Shown: positions 16,751-27,245 of the stretch, piece after piece
Layout: each line of letters starts with the position of its first letter
How positions within the stretch are numbered: position 1 is the stretch's first letter
Virus record (IMG/VR): IMGVR_UViG_3300029267_002792
Strand: one strand, 5' to 3'
DNA from: a virus
Length of the DNA stretch: 64,000 nucleotides
Notes under the pieces: generated by a model
Told to the model about the DNA's origin: nothing
What the model saw: only the letters and a program-made list of their open reading frames with translations
The model's database searches: none
Program-made: the position numbers and the translations under genes

Positions 16751-18853
16751 CTAGCTCTGTCGAGCTATCACAATGGCAGTCCCCGTACGAACATCGGTAC
16801 CCGGCCCGAAGTCTGTCTGAGCGTGCCCGCCTCCAGCATTGTGAGTGAGACCCCCGAAGTCGAAATCAGAGAAGTTCAAAGTTATCGGCCGGAAGGTTAT
16901 GGACGTTGACCCTACATTGATCATAGCAAGCGCATATGTAGTGGTACTCATAGCCCGATGAAACGTGAGTGTCGGGGTGTACTGATCGTAGGTAATGCCG
17001 CTAAACCCGTACGCCTCCAGAATCGTGGCCAGGCCATTTCCGATCGTAAAGTGCGCCCAGGCCTTCACCGTGTTGGCAGCACACAGCACGTTGTCGAAAC
17101 CTGGATCAACCCGATTCGAGCGATAGAAAGTCGACGCGTTCGTAAATCGGATCATGCCGTCTCGAAGGTACACACCCACATTCGGAGACGGTGACGAGAT
17201 ATCCGAGATAACCTTCAAAAAATCCGTGAAGCTGGGAAACGACGACCCTGCTGTGTGATCGAGCCCGCCGAGACTGCAACACTCCGATACCCCGTCCTGC
17301 AAGTTCCGGAGCAACAACCGAATCGCGTCCTCGTTAGTTTCGTCAAGTACAAACTCCCCTGCCGATTCATCCCAGCGAGCGTTGATGATCTCGCTGAGTG
17401 CTGCATAGGTCAGTCCCGCCTGGTGATAACGGCGGGCAACCTGGTCGTATGCATTCGAGTACGCTTGCAATACATTCGTTCGGAGGCACGTTGCCGGGTC
17501 CGCAACCTCAACCCCGAGACGCGCGTATTCCGCCTCGTCGGCTGTCCCTACCACTCCCTCCAGCCGAAGCGCCCCCTCCACCAGCCGAAGCGCAAACGGC
17601 TCATCGTCCAACCGCTTCCAACGGTACCGGTTCACCGGAGGCGTCGTCAGGTTGTCGAACTTGTGAAGCTGCAAGACGCCCTTCACAAAGCTCTCGAGGT
17701 CCTGCGTGATACCGAACTGCGTCAAGTTGGTCTCAGCCACCCCGAGCTGGCCAACAATTTTCCCACCGTTCGTCAACCCGTCCTGCAAGGAAGAGTAAGG
17801 AATCGTGGGAGGCCCATTCGCCACCCAGACACGAACGTCATCGAAAACCAGAGACCCCGTCGCCGGCGTAGTGGGGTCGTAAACGACAATCGAAGGAACC
17901 ATCCACGCCACGCCAGAGGGCACCTCGATGTATTCGTCGAACTGCTGCCACGCGAACGTCCCGGACAGTGTCTTGTCCTGCACAACCTGAAACGACAGTA
18001 AGCTCAGGTTCGGGCCGTAGAAGTTCAGCTGAACCCCCATCGTACCAGCAGGGTCCACACCCGCCCATGCGTTCCCGCGGAGCCAGTAGGAGACACGAAC
18101 CAACTGCCCGGGCTGGACCGCTACAATCCGATCTGGAGGAATCGAACTGAGGGCTGTCGTACCCGTGCCAGTCACCTGCAAGGCATAGCGCCCGGTGTGA
18201 GGGTTCGTAGCTGTGATGGCCCACGTATGGTTGGCGGGGATGTACTGAGTGTCCCAATGCGGAACGAATCCGCGGTCAGAAGCAGTAAACGTGGCCGCAT
18301 CAGCCGCGACCTCGAAACTGCCATTCTCGATGATCTGCTCCCAGGGCATAGCGTCCGACCCGACGTGATCCCAAGCGAGCGTGCGATAGTCGGGGGTCTG
18401 GGAGGTGAGCACACCTGTCGCCTCAGTCACGGTCCCGAGAACCACCAGCTCGTCTTTCTCCGCAGCTCCGGTGAACTCGTCCGTGGGGCTAAGCTCATAG
18501 GCCCGGATCTCCGCGAACGTGGTGATCGCCGTTCCGTACTCAGCGAAGATTGCCAGGACCCATGTCTTATCCGCCCCAAGAAGCGAGGAAAGGTCGACGG
18601 TGAAGTTCCCACCAGTGCGTCGGATACGAAGTGTGTAGCCATCCGCCGTTGTGTAGGCTGCCACGTGGTCGCTGTCCGCCGGATCAGCCTCCACCGTCAC
18701 GTTTGGCGAAGCGATGGACCCAAGGCGAAACCCGCGATGGATGCCCTCGGGAGTAATCCCCGTCAGCATCTGGTCCAGGGCGGCAGTCAGCAGCGGTTCC
18801 TTGTACCGTACCTTGACCTCAGTGTCGGCGAACTGTTGAAGGGTGGTGGGCAT
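16751..18853 (-). CDS. Tail fibre/baseplate protein with a galactose-binding-like (CBM4/9-type) domain
   Basis: IIENGSFE...W....HTGRYALQV...VRVSYW.RG...LVFDDVRV is a typical CBM4/9-like pattern. Lies directly after the tail-collar gene. Confidence 0.65.
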   Translation of the reverse strand: MPTTLQQFADTEVKVRYKEPLLTAALDQMLTGITPEGIHRGFRLGSIASPNVTVEADPADSDHVAAYTTADGYTLRIRRTGGNFTVDLSSLLGADKTWVLAIFAEYGTAITTFAEIRAYELSPTDEFTGAAEKDELVVLGTVTEATGVLTSQTPDYRTLAWDHVGSDAMPWEQIIENGSFEVAADAATFTASDRGFVPHWDTQYIPANHTWAITATNPHTGRYALQVTGTGTTALSSIPPDRIVAVQPGQLVRVSYWLRGNAWAGVDPAGTMGVQLNFYGPNLSLLSFQVVQDKTLSGTFAWQQFDEYIEVPSGVAWMVPSIVVYDPTTPATGSLVFDDVRVWVANGPPTIPYSSLQDGLTNGGKIVGQLGVAETNLTQFGITQDLESFVKGVLQLHKFDNLTTPPVNRYRWKRLDDEPFALRLVEGALRLEGVVGTADEAEYARLGVEVADPATCLRTNVLQAYSNAYDQVARRYHQAGLTYAALSEIINARWDESAGEFVLDETNEDAIRLLLRNLQDGVSECCSLGGLDHTAGSSFPSFTDFLKVISDISSPSPNVGVYLRDGMIRFTNASTFYRSNRVDPGFDNVLCAANTVKAWAHFTIGNGLATILEAYGFSGITYDQYTPTLTFHRAMSTTTYALAMINVGSTSITFRPITLNFSDFDFGGLTHNAGGGHAQTDFGPGTDVRTGTAIVIARQS

Positions 18854-18854
18854 G

Positions 18855-19349
18855 TCAGCTCCTGTCCGCGTTGATCTTCACAGTGAAGGTCCGCTGAACA
18901 CCAGGGTTCTTCTCCACGACTGGGAAGGTACCATAGGCCACCATGCTCCCAGCCGAGTTGAAAAGCCCGATCTCGTACATCTCGGGGAAGTTTCCACTCC
19001 CGTCGTCGTTGAACTCCGCAAAGTCAAGAAAGCACGTCACTTCCATCGTGGTATTGCCGGTGAAGGCAAAATCCCCGGGAGCCAGCGCTTTCGTAAAGTT
19101 GCCCCTGGAGTCCGCCGGGTAATCCGACGGGTTGGCAATGCAATCGAGATCCGACAGAGTCGGACCGCGGTTGTTCGATGGCCCCGGGTCGGTCGGGTCG
19201 CGCGGGACCTGCCCCGCCGGCGTGCTCTCCCATCCACCCTCACCAACCTTGAAGTCTGTGATATAGGTGAGGGGAGTCGTCTGTCCCCACCCCTGCAAAA
19301 GGCGAAGCCGCCCGATGTCCGTTACCACTGCCTCAATGTCTGTCGGCAT
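18855..19349 (-). CDS. Tail-collar fibre N-terminal-like protein (DUF3751-like)
   Basis: VVTDIGRLR..ITDFKVGEGG..EIGLFNS.GSMVAYGTFPVVEK. Confidence 0.6.
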   Translation of the reverse strand: MPTDIEAVVTDIGRLRLLQGWGQTTPLTYITDFKVGEGGWESTPAGQVPRDPTDPGPSNNRGPTLSDLDCIANPSDYPADSRGNFTKALAPGDFAFTGNTTMEVTCFLDFAEFNDDGSGNFPEMYEIGLFNSAGSMVAYGTFPVVEKNPGVQRTFTVKINADRS

Positions 19350-19357
19350 ACGCTACC

Positions 19358-22189
19358 TCACGGGGAGTCCACAGTCGCTGTCAGGCTCAAGCTGGCATTC
19401 AGCTGGAACCCGTAGTTTTCGATCAGCTCGACGTGCTTAGGCGTCCCCTGCTCCAAACGATCCCGGAGCCGCTCCAGCCCATTTTCCAGCAAATAAGGCG
19501 TGCTCGCCTCGACCAGAGCCTTGTTCGACCGGCAGTAGTCGCAGGTCATCAGCTCAGGGCAGATGTACTCCAACGACGCAGCCCCGACCACCGGAGGCTC
19601 CGTCGCGATCACCTGAAACTCATAGGAGAACATCGCCCACGCAAGACTCCCATTGTTCGCGTCCGGAACGGTTGGGGAGTCGTACGGAGCGAGGTCCACA
19701 TTCTGAGCGTCGATGAACGTCTCGATCGTGTAAGTGTGGTTGTTACCGGACAGGCTCTCGGTAACGACAAGTCGCTTCCCCTCGTCAGTCGCAACAAACG
19801 TAGCCGAGGGGGCTGAAAACCGTCGTGTCGCTGTCAGAGAACCATCCGACCCGCTCATATCAGGGTCTCGAACCTCCCACACCAGGCTACCATTGTTGGG
19901 GTCTGTGACCGTGTTGTGGGAGGGAGCCAAAATCAGAGTCATCCCGAAAGCCGGAACGGCGGCGATCACGTACGCCTGGTTCTGCGTAGGAATCGCAGCG
20001 TTTGACACAATCAGTACCCGCCCTGTATCGGCCGCCGAAAACCGCATCTCCGACACATTGAAGTTCCGAGGTGCGGAGAGCTGCCCATCCGTGCCCGTGT
20101 GAACGAGAGGAAACTCCGGTACCGTGTCGAGCAGGAACGTATCCGGGTCCGAGTCCGTAAGCCGCCAACGGCCCTCCCCCAGCCCTGTCACCACCTCGAA
20201 GTCGCCTCGTCCCCGAACTACGTACGGGGAGGGTACAGGCATCGGCGTGGCCGGCGACGCACTCGTGATGAAAATCACCCCGTCCCCGCTCGACCCTGGA
20301 CCTAGGAGGGTGGACCACGGAGACGGGTTCTGCTCCCAACAGTACTTGTCCACAGTAAACACAGCCGCGGTTTTCAGGTAGGTCATGAGGTCCATGTGGA
20401 CCTCATCGTAGTACGGCAGCAACGGGGCTTGGTCTGCGTAAAGCCGCACCACCCGCCACGTCAGTAATCCGTTGTTCGGGTCCGCTGTCCCGGTCATAGA
20501 GTCCACTGATCGGAACTCGACGGTGTAGGCGTCTATTACTTTGTTGATGGTGTAGAGCCCGTCGTTTGTACCCCCGGACGAATCCGAGATGTCGATTTGG
20601 CGCCCCACATCGCCGCCCCAAAAGGCAGCTGTTGGCGAAGAGAACCGAACGAGCAGCGCCACCAAATCCAAACTTCCGTCCGTACCGGACCGTCCTGCCG
20701 CACTCTCTCCAGGATCGTAGGTGGTGGCCCCAGCAGCCGCCACGGCAGCGTACAGTTCCTGGCTCACGCGGTAGAGTCCTACCACCTCCGCCGTGAACCC
20801 CGTCAGCTCCGCTAGGTACTTGTAGCAGTCCTCGTGCCCCTTCGTCGCGATCCACCGAGACACGGATTCCACCCAGCGTCGCTGCCACTCCTCTTCCTCG
20901 CGGTAGTCGACCTCGATCCCGAAATCCTGAGCCAGGTACTGCAGCAGGCTCGACGCTCGAACCTCAACCTGTGTCTCGTCTCCCACGTCGGTCGGGTCCC
21001 GAACCTGCCAGTGGAAATCCGTGCCGACTACCAGCGTACCGTCAACCTCGACCTGAACCTCCGACACCACATCCAGGATTTCGTAAGTCCCATTGTTTGC
21101 GCTCAGGGCCGGGTTCAGGGTGTGAAGTGTGAGAAGCTTACCCTCGTCGTCTGTCGTGAACGACGCCGTTACCGACTCGAACACCGAAGGAGGCCCGACA
21201 GATACGATGTCCCCGTTCTCCCCCTCCTGCTCAACCGCCCCCCGAAGAGTTGCCGACCCTTGAAGCACCAGCTCCGGATCGCGCAGGAGCGCCCACACGA
21301 GCACCCCCGTTGATTCAATCACCAAATTGGTAGAGTCGAGAATGCACTCGGTCGGGCTCAAAACGTCCACGATCTCGAACTTCCCATTGTTCGTGTCCGG
21401 GTTGATCGAAGACGCAATCGTGAGCCGGCGTCCGACGTCCTTGGAAGTCAGGGCCAGCGTGGGCGAAGTGAACCGCAGCGTAGCGCTGATCGATCCGTCG
21501 AGTCCCTCCCTGAGGGTCAGGAGCTTCCTCTCTTCCGACTCCGGCTTGAACTGTTTTCTCTCCAGCACCGTAAAATCGGCAAATCCGTCAGACAGAATCC
21601 ACCCCGGGGCGATGCCTGTGACGTCCCCTGCCAGCACCTGCACACGGGTCTCCACAATGGTGGAGGCGTCCGCCTGCCTCAGCTCCCACCGAAGTGGACC
21701 GCTATCTGTCGCCAATGACGGACTAGTCAGGACTTCCTTCGGACTGTTGATGCTGGTGACCATAATGGTCCGGTTGTTCGCCTCTATTGTCGAACCGGCC
21801 ACCGTGATCTCTTTCCCTACGTCCGCGAACGTGAACCGCCCCCGTCGAGTGACGAAAACACCACTCGCGGAAACAGAGGCCAGCGCGCCCTGCTGCTCTA
21901 CGGCCCCTTTGACAGCCTCGACTCGGCCTAATCGAAGGAGTGCTGTCTCATCGTAACGAGTTCGGGCCGCTCGTGGATCTCGGAGGTCGGCAAAGGCGGC
22001 GATCTTCTCGCGCAAGTTGTCAAACGACGCTCCCTGAGCCTCCGCATATCGACGGAACAGATCGTCGTTCTCCAAATCAGCCGTCCGGTAGATTTCCGGT
22101 GCCGCCTCGAAGAGCACGCGCCTTGACCAGTTGAATCGCCCAAACGCCGCACTACCAAAAGGCCCGGTCCCAAATCCAGGAATAGTCAC
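19358..22189 (-). CDS. Baseplate wedge protein (gp7/P2 gpI-like) containing six internal repeats
   Basis: N-terminal LFEAAPEIYR..D...LFRRY and central LLQYLAQDFG..QRRWV..WIATKG wedge motifs. Repeats of the form F...D.G+.L....NN..Y.I..V....NG.L.W. Confidence 0.65.
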   Translation of the reverse strand: MTIPGFGTGPFGSAAFGRFNWSRRVLFEAAPEIYRTADLENDDLFRRYAEAQGASFDNLREKIAAFADLRDPRAARTRYDETALLRLGRVEAVKGAVEQQGALASVSASGVFVTRRGRFTFADVGKEITVAGSTIEANNRTIMVTSINSPKEVLTSPSLATDSGPLRWELRQADASTIVETRVQVLAGDVTGIAPGWILSDGFADFTVLERKQFKPESEERKLLTLREGLDGSISATLRFTSPTLALTSKDVGRRLTIASSINPDTNNGKFEIVDVLSPTECILDSTNLVIESTGVLVWALLRDPELVLQGSATLRGAVEQEGENGDIVSVGPPSVFESVTASFTTDDEGKLLTLHTLNPALSANNGTYEILDVVSEVQVEVDGTLVVGTDFHWQVRDPTDVGDETQVEVRASSLLQYLAQDFGIEVDYREEEEWQRRWVESVSRWIATKGHEDCYKYLAELTGFTAEVVGLYRVSQELYAAVAAAGATTYDPGESAAGRSGTDGSLDLVALLVRFSSPTAAFWGGDVGRQIDISDSSGGTNDGLYTINKVIDAYTVEFRSVDSMTGTADPNNGLLTWRVVRLYADQAPLLPYYDEVHMDLMTYLKTAAVFTVDKYCWEQNPSPWSTLLGPGSSGDGVIFITSASPATPMPVPSPYVVRGRGDFEVVTGLGEGRWRLTDSDPDTFLLDTVPEFPLVHTGTDGQLSAPRNFNVSEMRFSAADTGRVLIVSNAAIPTQNQAYVIAAVPAFGMTLILAPSHNTVTDPNNGSLVWEVRDPDMSGSDGSLTATRRFSAPSATFVATDEGKRLVVTESLSGNNHTYTIETFIDAQNVDLAPYDSPTVPDANNGSLAWAMFSYEFQVIATEPPVVGAASLEYICPELMTCDYCRSNKALVEASTPYLLENGLERLRDRLEQGTPKHVELIENYGFQLNASLSLTATVDSP

Positions 22190-22220
22190 ACCCTCCGAGA
22201 TCGCAAGAGCATCTCAAATC

Positions 22221-24080
22221 CTACTTGTTATGGGCCACATCATTGAGCGCCCCAAGGTCCGTGTACGTAGCCCCCTGGAAATTGTTACCGCTCACGATGT
22301 TGTTGTCCGAGCTAGCATCCAATCGCACGGCCCCCATCACAGTTCCAAACGACCCTCCTCGGTTACCGCGGACGGTGTTCCAGTCTGCCGCGACGCACTC
22401 GATCGCCTCTTGTCCGGCCGTGGGAGCGTCGTTGTAGATGTAGTTGTCCACCACTCCGACAGCCGTGACGGTGTCTAGGACAACCCCACGTCCCGTCGCC
22501 AGCGCCCCTATGGTGGACAGGAAAAAACAATCAGCAATCTCACTTCCGACAGCGTCCGAGCCAGTGATCAAAAACCCCAGCTCGTGAAAGTCCTCGAAGG
22601 TGGAATCGATTACGCGTGTGGGCGTGTAACTCACACCGCCTCGGTCCGCGCCGTTAGACCGACATCGTTTGATGAGCGCTGCGATAATGGGGATAGGCCC
22701 ACCAAACGTGACCGAGAAGACAACCATCTCGTTCCCTGCCAGAAGGCCCAAATCGAGAAACTTAGGCACAGCGTTGGTCATCCCGGCTTCACAGTCCACG
22801 AACTGTGCGTCCTGACCCGCTGTCGTTGCCGATACACCTGCCTCAAAGCACGCTCGGAGCACGGTGAGTGTAGCCTCAGCAATCGTCCACAGGCCCGGGA
22901 AGTCTACAGATACACGTCGGCACTGAGCCCGAGCCGCAGCAAGCTCCACGACGGCAGTAGACCCTGAGCCTGCACCAACCGGAAGCGCTACGTTGATGCC
23001 TACGTCCTCCAGGACCGACCGCGCCCCTAGCGTAAAGGCCCCCTGGTCTCCCTGCGCCCTCGTCACGATCTTCGTGTGCGAACGCCCGGCCCCTCGAACC
23101 CGAACATCGGCTGGAATCGCTAGCGGAGCCGGCGGTGAACCGACCTGTCCCAAGTCATAAGTTCCAGGGCGTATGTACACATCAGCACCCGCCCCTGCAG
23201 CAGCCAGAGCAGTTGCCAGCTGCGCACCGTCGCCTGTGTCCAAGTAGTCGCACACGACGGAGGTGTCGCCGTTCGTCGCGTTACCTACAACGTAGAAAGC
23301 CGTCCTACGGTCCGTAGTAGTCCCTGGTGCCTGTGCGTCCCAACGCGAGTTCCCGCCGTCCCAGGCGAGGACATCCCCATTCGACGGGGAGATCAAATCG
23401 AAAACATCCAACCCTTGAATTTTGTCAACCGTCGGGCTCGGATACGTCCCCGACAGATCCCCACTGGCCGAACCGGAAGCTCCACCAGGGATCGACACCT
23501 GTATTTGGTCGGGAGCTGTAACCGTTGCCGTTACCCCAGACCCTACGAAGTCGAGGAGATTACAGTTCGTGGCGAGCGTGCTGCCCTCATCGTCGACCTG
23601 CAGTGGCGAACCACCCCCACCTCCCTGCTTGGAACCAAGGTTTGTAACCGATTCCCCCGTATCCAGAAGTAGGCCGTTCCTCCAGTACAAGCGCGTTCCA
23701 ACGCGAGCGGCGAGCGTAAGAGCCTCGTCTGTGTTCGGAACCTGACCAGCCGCGACGACTGCAACCGTCACTATCCGAGTCGGCGCTCGGGTCAGTACAG
23801 CGTACATGACCTGGCCATCCGCGATCGTAATCGACGCCGGATCTATCTGGACCTGGAATCCAGTTACGGGAGACACGATGCTGATCGCCCCCGTCCACTG
23901 GAGAAGGCCAGTTGACCCATTCCAAGTCACAACATTTCCGCCGGAGAGGATGAGATGCCGATCCTCGCGCGAAGCGAATCCGGAGGAGTCCATCGCCTCG
24001 ACGAAAGACCGGAAGGCCTCATACCACGACTGCTGATTCTCAGCCGGATAGGGCCAGCTCATGCGTAGGCTATTAGGCAC
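22221..24080 (-). CDS. Tail spike/fibre with C-terminal right-handed beta-helix (pectate-lyase-like)
   Basis: ALAAAGAGADVYIRPGTY followed by Asn-ladder repeats (DNYI, WNTVRGNRG, NNIVSGNNF). The N-terminal ~140 aa are paralogous to 28389-29243. Confidence 0.7.
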   Translation of the reverse strand: MPNSLRMSWPYPAENQQSWYEAFRSFVEAMDSSGFASREDRHLILSGGNVVTWNGSTGLLQWTGAISIVSPVTGFQVQIDPASITIADGQVMYAVLTRAPTRIVTVAVVAAGQVPNTDEALTLAARVGTRLYWRNGLLLDTGESVTNLGSKQGGGGGSPLQVDDEGSTLATNCNLLDFVGSGVTATVTAPDQIQVSIPGGASGSASGDLSGTYPSPTVDKIQGLDVFDLISPSNGDVLAWDGGNSRWDAQAPGTTTDRRTAFYVVGNATNGDTSVVCDYLDTGDGAQLATALAAAGAGADVYIRPGTYDLGQVGSPPAPLAIPADVRVRGAGRSHTKIVTRAQGDQGAFTLGARSVLEDVGINVALPVGAGSGSTAVVELAAARAQCRRVSVDFPGLWTIAEATLTVLRACFEAGVSATTAGQDAQFVDCEAGMTNAVPKFLDLGLLAGNEMVVFSVTFGGPIPIIAALIKRCRSNGADRGGVSYTPTRVIDSTFEDFHELGFLITGSDAVGSEIADCFFLSTIGALATGRGVVLDTVTAVGVVDNYIYNDAPTAGQEAIECVAADWNTVRGNRGGSFGTVMGAVRLDASSDNNIVSGNNFQGATYTDLGALNDVAHNK

Positions 24081-24099
24081 CGTAAATCTCCCCGCTAAA

Positions 24100-24387
24100 T
24101 CAGACCCGTGTGAACTTGATCGTTTCTACACGATACCCTTCCGTGTCCACCCCGAATACCCCCGGTCCTGGGTACTCCTTCCCCGTGTCGTCGATCTCTT
24201 TTGTGTCCCAGGGCACCCATTCTCCTGCCACCGTGTCCCACACCTTATTCACCACGTACTGAGTCGAGTCACCAAGAGGATAAGGATACCACCACTCCAC
24301 GTCCAAGACCCCTACCACTCCGTCCCGGCTGAACTGCCCCCATACCATGAAATCGACCTCCAACCCCTCTATCTCGACTGCCATCAT
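24100..24387 (-). CDS. Hypothetical protein (95 aa)
   Basis: Fills the gap between two fibre genes. Confidence 0.55.
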   Translation of the reverse strand: MMAVEIEGLEVDFMVWGQFSRDGVVGVLDVEWWYPYPLGDSTQYVVNKVWDTVAGEWVPWDTKEIDDTGKEYPGPGVFGVDTEGYRVETIKFTRV

Positions 24388-24392
24388 TCACC

Positions 24393-26072
24393 TCACAGCA
24401 CGTCTACTCCAGGCCATTCCCACACGTACCCGTCCTTGAAGTGCAGATATTGATCGGAGTCGAAGGTACTCAGGTCAGGGAGGGTGGACCGCCCCTGGTA
24501 AATGCCTATGTTCGACTCACGAATACTCGGAAATCCTTCGTCCCCGGTCGGGTCCCGCGCAATGATCAGTGGGCGTAGCTGCTCGTCCCCGGAAAACTGA
24601 TTCGCGCAGGCCAGAGAACGAACCCACGGGTTGACGGTACCTGCTCCTATTCCCTCCTGGGCAAGGTTGGTCCAGACGGCAAGATCATCAGGGGTAAAGC
24701 CGATACCTACGTAGGGGAAATACCGATCATCATCGGTCGTAAAATTGATCTCACCCGCTCTCGTTCGATCCTCCCACCTCATCTGCTGGAGGAACTCTTG
24801 AATGCCAGGATGATACGAGTCGTTCCCGGTATACCCGACCAAGAACGCGCCGTGGTACCCAGCACCCTGCTCGAAAACTACAGAAGCCACGTACGACCCG
24901 TCCGAGTCCGTTTTCAAAAAGGCTCGGCACGGCGACGTAACCCCATACCCAGTACCGATTGCAGGCCCGCGCCAGAACGCCGTGTCCGACCAAAAACCGC
25001 TCGTCGTGTAGTAGTAATCCCCCTGCATGCTGCGCTGGGTCGATGGACCTGACGGATAGAAATTCCCAGTTGAAAAGTCGAAGTCAGTATCTACCGGCGA
25101 ACTGGCATAGGAAACACCTTTGTCGGTACTGCCGTACGTCAGGTTGTAGCGGCATTTCAACCGCCAGCTTGAGGAATGAGGACTCTCAAGCATCCAACCG
25201 GCGCCGATGGCGGAGGACGAGCTGGTGTCATCAGGAGCATTGGCCGGATCGAGCATGCGCCACGCAAGAGAGCCCTGAGTCGTAAATGCCGCAGTGGTTG
25301 ATCGCATCTCCAAAGTGGCTACACCAGCCGCCACACTAGCAATCGTGTACCACCCGGTGTTGCCGACATTGGTAGGGTCATGAACGACGATTACCTTACC
25401 AACGTCTCCCGCGACGAATGTATAGCCGGTGCTGGAAAACTCATCCGGGTTTGTGAGCGTCCCATCAGTCCCTTCCTGATCGACATTGTGCTCAAACCAA
25501 CTTCGCCAGATCAGGATACCGTCGACGTAGACGACCTCGCCGCCAGTACCGAGATCATTTACGACCCGGATGTACCTGGTACCGGACGTGTGCGTAGTGA
25601 ACGCGAACTCGTACAGCGTCCACACCCCACTGTTATCAGGAATGGTGCCGACTGAGGAGAACGATCCACTGCCGTCGTCAACCTCGACGTCCCAGGCAAC
25701 GCCACTGTCGTTATACGCCCAGATGGCCACACGATAGTCCGTCGAGTCGTCCATGCTCGTGAGGGCGGCACTCCTGGCACCGTCACTCGTCGCCGGAGCT
25801 GTGATCTCGAGACTCTGAGTACCGGAATGAAACTCCGACGTGTCCTTCGCGAGAGAGCCAGTACCTACCGCAGTCCACGATCCCACACCAGCTGCCTCCA
25901 TATTCCCGTCGGGACACCTATTCGGGTCGGCCGCCGTTCCATCACACTCCCACAGCCAGGTCCAACCGATGAGCCGAAGCAAATGGAAAATATAGGAGTT
26001 GATCTTCCCCATACCACCTTGGCCAGCTGCTGTATTGAATGAGACCTCAAGATCTCGTCCCCAGATGTTCAT
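24393..26072 (-). CDS. Fibre/receptor-binding protein with a CBM4/9-like domain and one gp7-type repeat
   Basis: PDGNME..W....FHSGTQSLEI..YRVAIWA..VYVDGI; FVAGDVGKVI..NTGWYTI..GSLAW. Confidence 0.65.
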   Translation of the reverse strand: MNIWGRDLEVSFNTAAGQGGMGKINSYIFHLLRLIGWTWLWECDGTAADPNRCPDGNMEAAGVGSWTAVGTGSLAKDTSEFHSGTQSLEITAPATSDGARSAALTSMDDSTDYRVAIWAYNDSGVAWDVEVDDGSGSFSSVGTIPDNSGVWTLYEFAFTTHTSGTRYIRVVNDLGTGGEVVYVDGILIWRSWFEHNVDQEGTDGTLTNPDEFSSTGYTFVAGDVGKVIVVHDPTNVGNTGWYTIASVAAGVATLEMRSTTAAFTTQGSLAWRMLDPANAPDDTSSSSAIGAGWMLESPHSSSWRLKCRYNLTYGSTDKGVSYASSPVDTDFDFSTGNFYPSGPSTQRSMQGDYYYTTSGFWSDTAFWRGPAIGTGYGVTSPCRAFLKTDSDGSYVASVVFEQGAGYHGAFLVGYTGNDSYHPGIQEFLQQMRWEDRTRAGEINFTTDDDRYFPYVGIGFTPDDLAVWTNLAQEGIGAGTVNPWVRSLACANQFSGDEQLRPLIIARDPTGDEGFPSIRESNIGIYQGRSTLPDLSTFDSDQYLHFKDGYVWEWPGVDVL

Positions 26073-26108
26073 TGTATTTCCTCACTAATCCTCGATCACC
26101 CTCCACGA

Positions 26109-27230
26109 TCAGATCGGCGGAATAATGCGGGGGTCACCATGCCCGTTTCTCGGCACCGCCAGGCCACCATAGGTGTGCATCCACTCGCCATCTGGATCGA
26201 ACGGCGATAACGCCCCAAGAGTTGCGTGAGTGAACCGCAGGAAATCTGCAGGAACCCGCCCACGCCTGAAAGCCTCGTTAGGCCAGTCCGGCCCGTGAAC
26301 CCACGGAGCGTACGCTCCAACCACACCCGGATTACCGTTCACAAGCTGGTATTTTGGGTTGTTGCGCGTCAAGCAGTCACTCGAATCCTGATCCCCGTAA
26401 TACTTCCAGATGCCGGGGTAGACGCTCATTGACACGCCCGTAGCCCCCAACATCCAGTAAGACAGCTCCCATGCGTACACCGATTCGATGTATCCGCCCA
26501 CCAGCATCGCTGGGCCGGGGTCACTCCCGGCCAAACCCAGCTCGCATACCCCGAGCACGTGGCAATAGAGTGTCCCGTTATAGTTGCGCATGCCCCAGAT
26601 CAGCACATCATGATCTTTAGCCGACATGTTGAAGTGATCCTGCCAGGTGTACGTCCCGTAGAGCTGATACCCACCCATTTCGCGCGGGTCCCCAGCCTGC
26701 CCGTTCGGCCGGACGTGAACGTACATGTAGTTCACAGCCGCGGACTCGAGACGAACTTGCATATTCGACCCGCCAGGCGCATCTAGCAAAGTCCACGCCC
26801 CGTTCGCCACAATCTGGCTTGTTGCCCTGGTCACCCTCGCCGGTATTCCTGACTCGGTCTCCCACCCAACCACATCATTCCACGACATGGAATCGATCTT
26901 GATCGTATCGGCGTCGATGAACTCAACGATTCGCGCTTTGACCCGATTCTGCTTGTTCGTGGCCAACAAGGAGATGACGTGCTCGTCGTCCACCATAGCC
27001 TGTGTAAAAGGACCGGATGGAGAGGTGATCTGTCTAGGAACGGCACCTACGGCGCAGTCTGACGGTGTAGCCACCACCGACGACCCAGTCCACGCCGCGT
27101 CCCCGTCATTGGAGTTCTCCGTATACCCTGCGAGCAGAAACAGCTCCCGAAGATTGAATACCGTAGCCCCAGACTGATTGTTTGACTGGGGTACCTCCCG
27201 GCAGTTACGAACGAATATATCGGCAGCCAT
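26109..27230 (-). CDS. Putative receptor-binding/fibre accessory protein, tandem paralog A (373 aa)
   Basis: Strong N-terminal similarity to 27246-28358 (DIFVRNCR, YTENSNDGDAAWTGS, SWNDVVGW). Confidence 0.7.
   Translation of the reverse strand: MAADIFVRNCREVPQSNNQSGATVFNLRELFLLAGYTENSNDGDAAWTGSSVVATPSDCAVGAVPRQITSPSGPFTQAMVDDEHVISLLATNKQNRVKARIVEFIDADTIKIDSMSWNDVVGWETESGIPARVTRATSQIVANGAWTLLDAPGGSNMQVRLESAAVNYMYVHVRPNGQAGDPREMGGYQLYGTYTWQDHFNMSAKDHDVLIWGMRNYNGTLYCHVLGVCELGLAGSDPGPAMLVGGYIESVYAWELSYWMLGATGVSMSVYPGIWKYYGDQDSSDCLTRNNPKYQLVNGNPGVVGAYAPWVHGPDWPNEAFRRGRVPADFLRFTHATLGALSPFDPDGEWMHTYGGLAVPRNGHGDPRIIPPI
27081..27125. repeat. 45-bp perfect direct repeat, copy 1
   Basis: CGACCCAGTCCACGCCGCGTCCCCGTCATTGGAGTTCTCCGTATA, identical at 28209-28253. 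Confidence 0.85.
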
Positions 27231-27245
27231 TGTCGAGTCCCCTAC

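Noticed and set aside
20385-20406. ATGAGGTCCA-TG-TGGACCTCAT inverted repeat resembling the operator
   Set aside because: Intragenic, single copy, with a 2-nt centre and different arms; compatible with chance.
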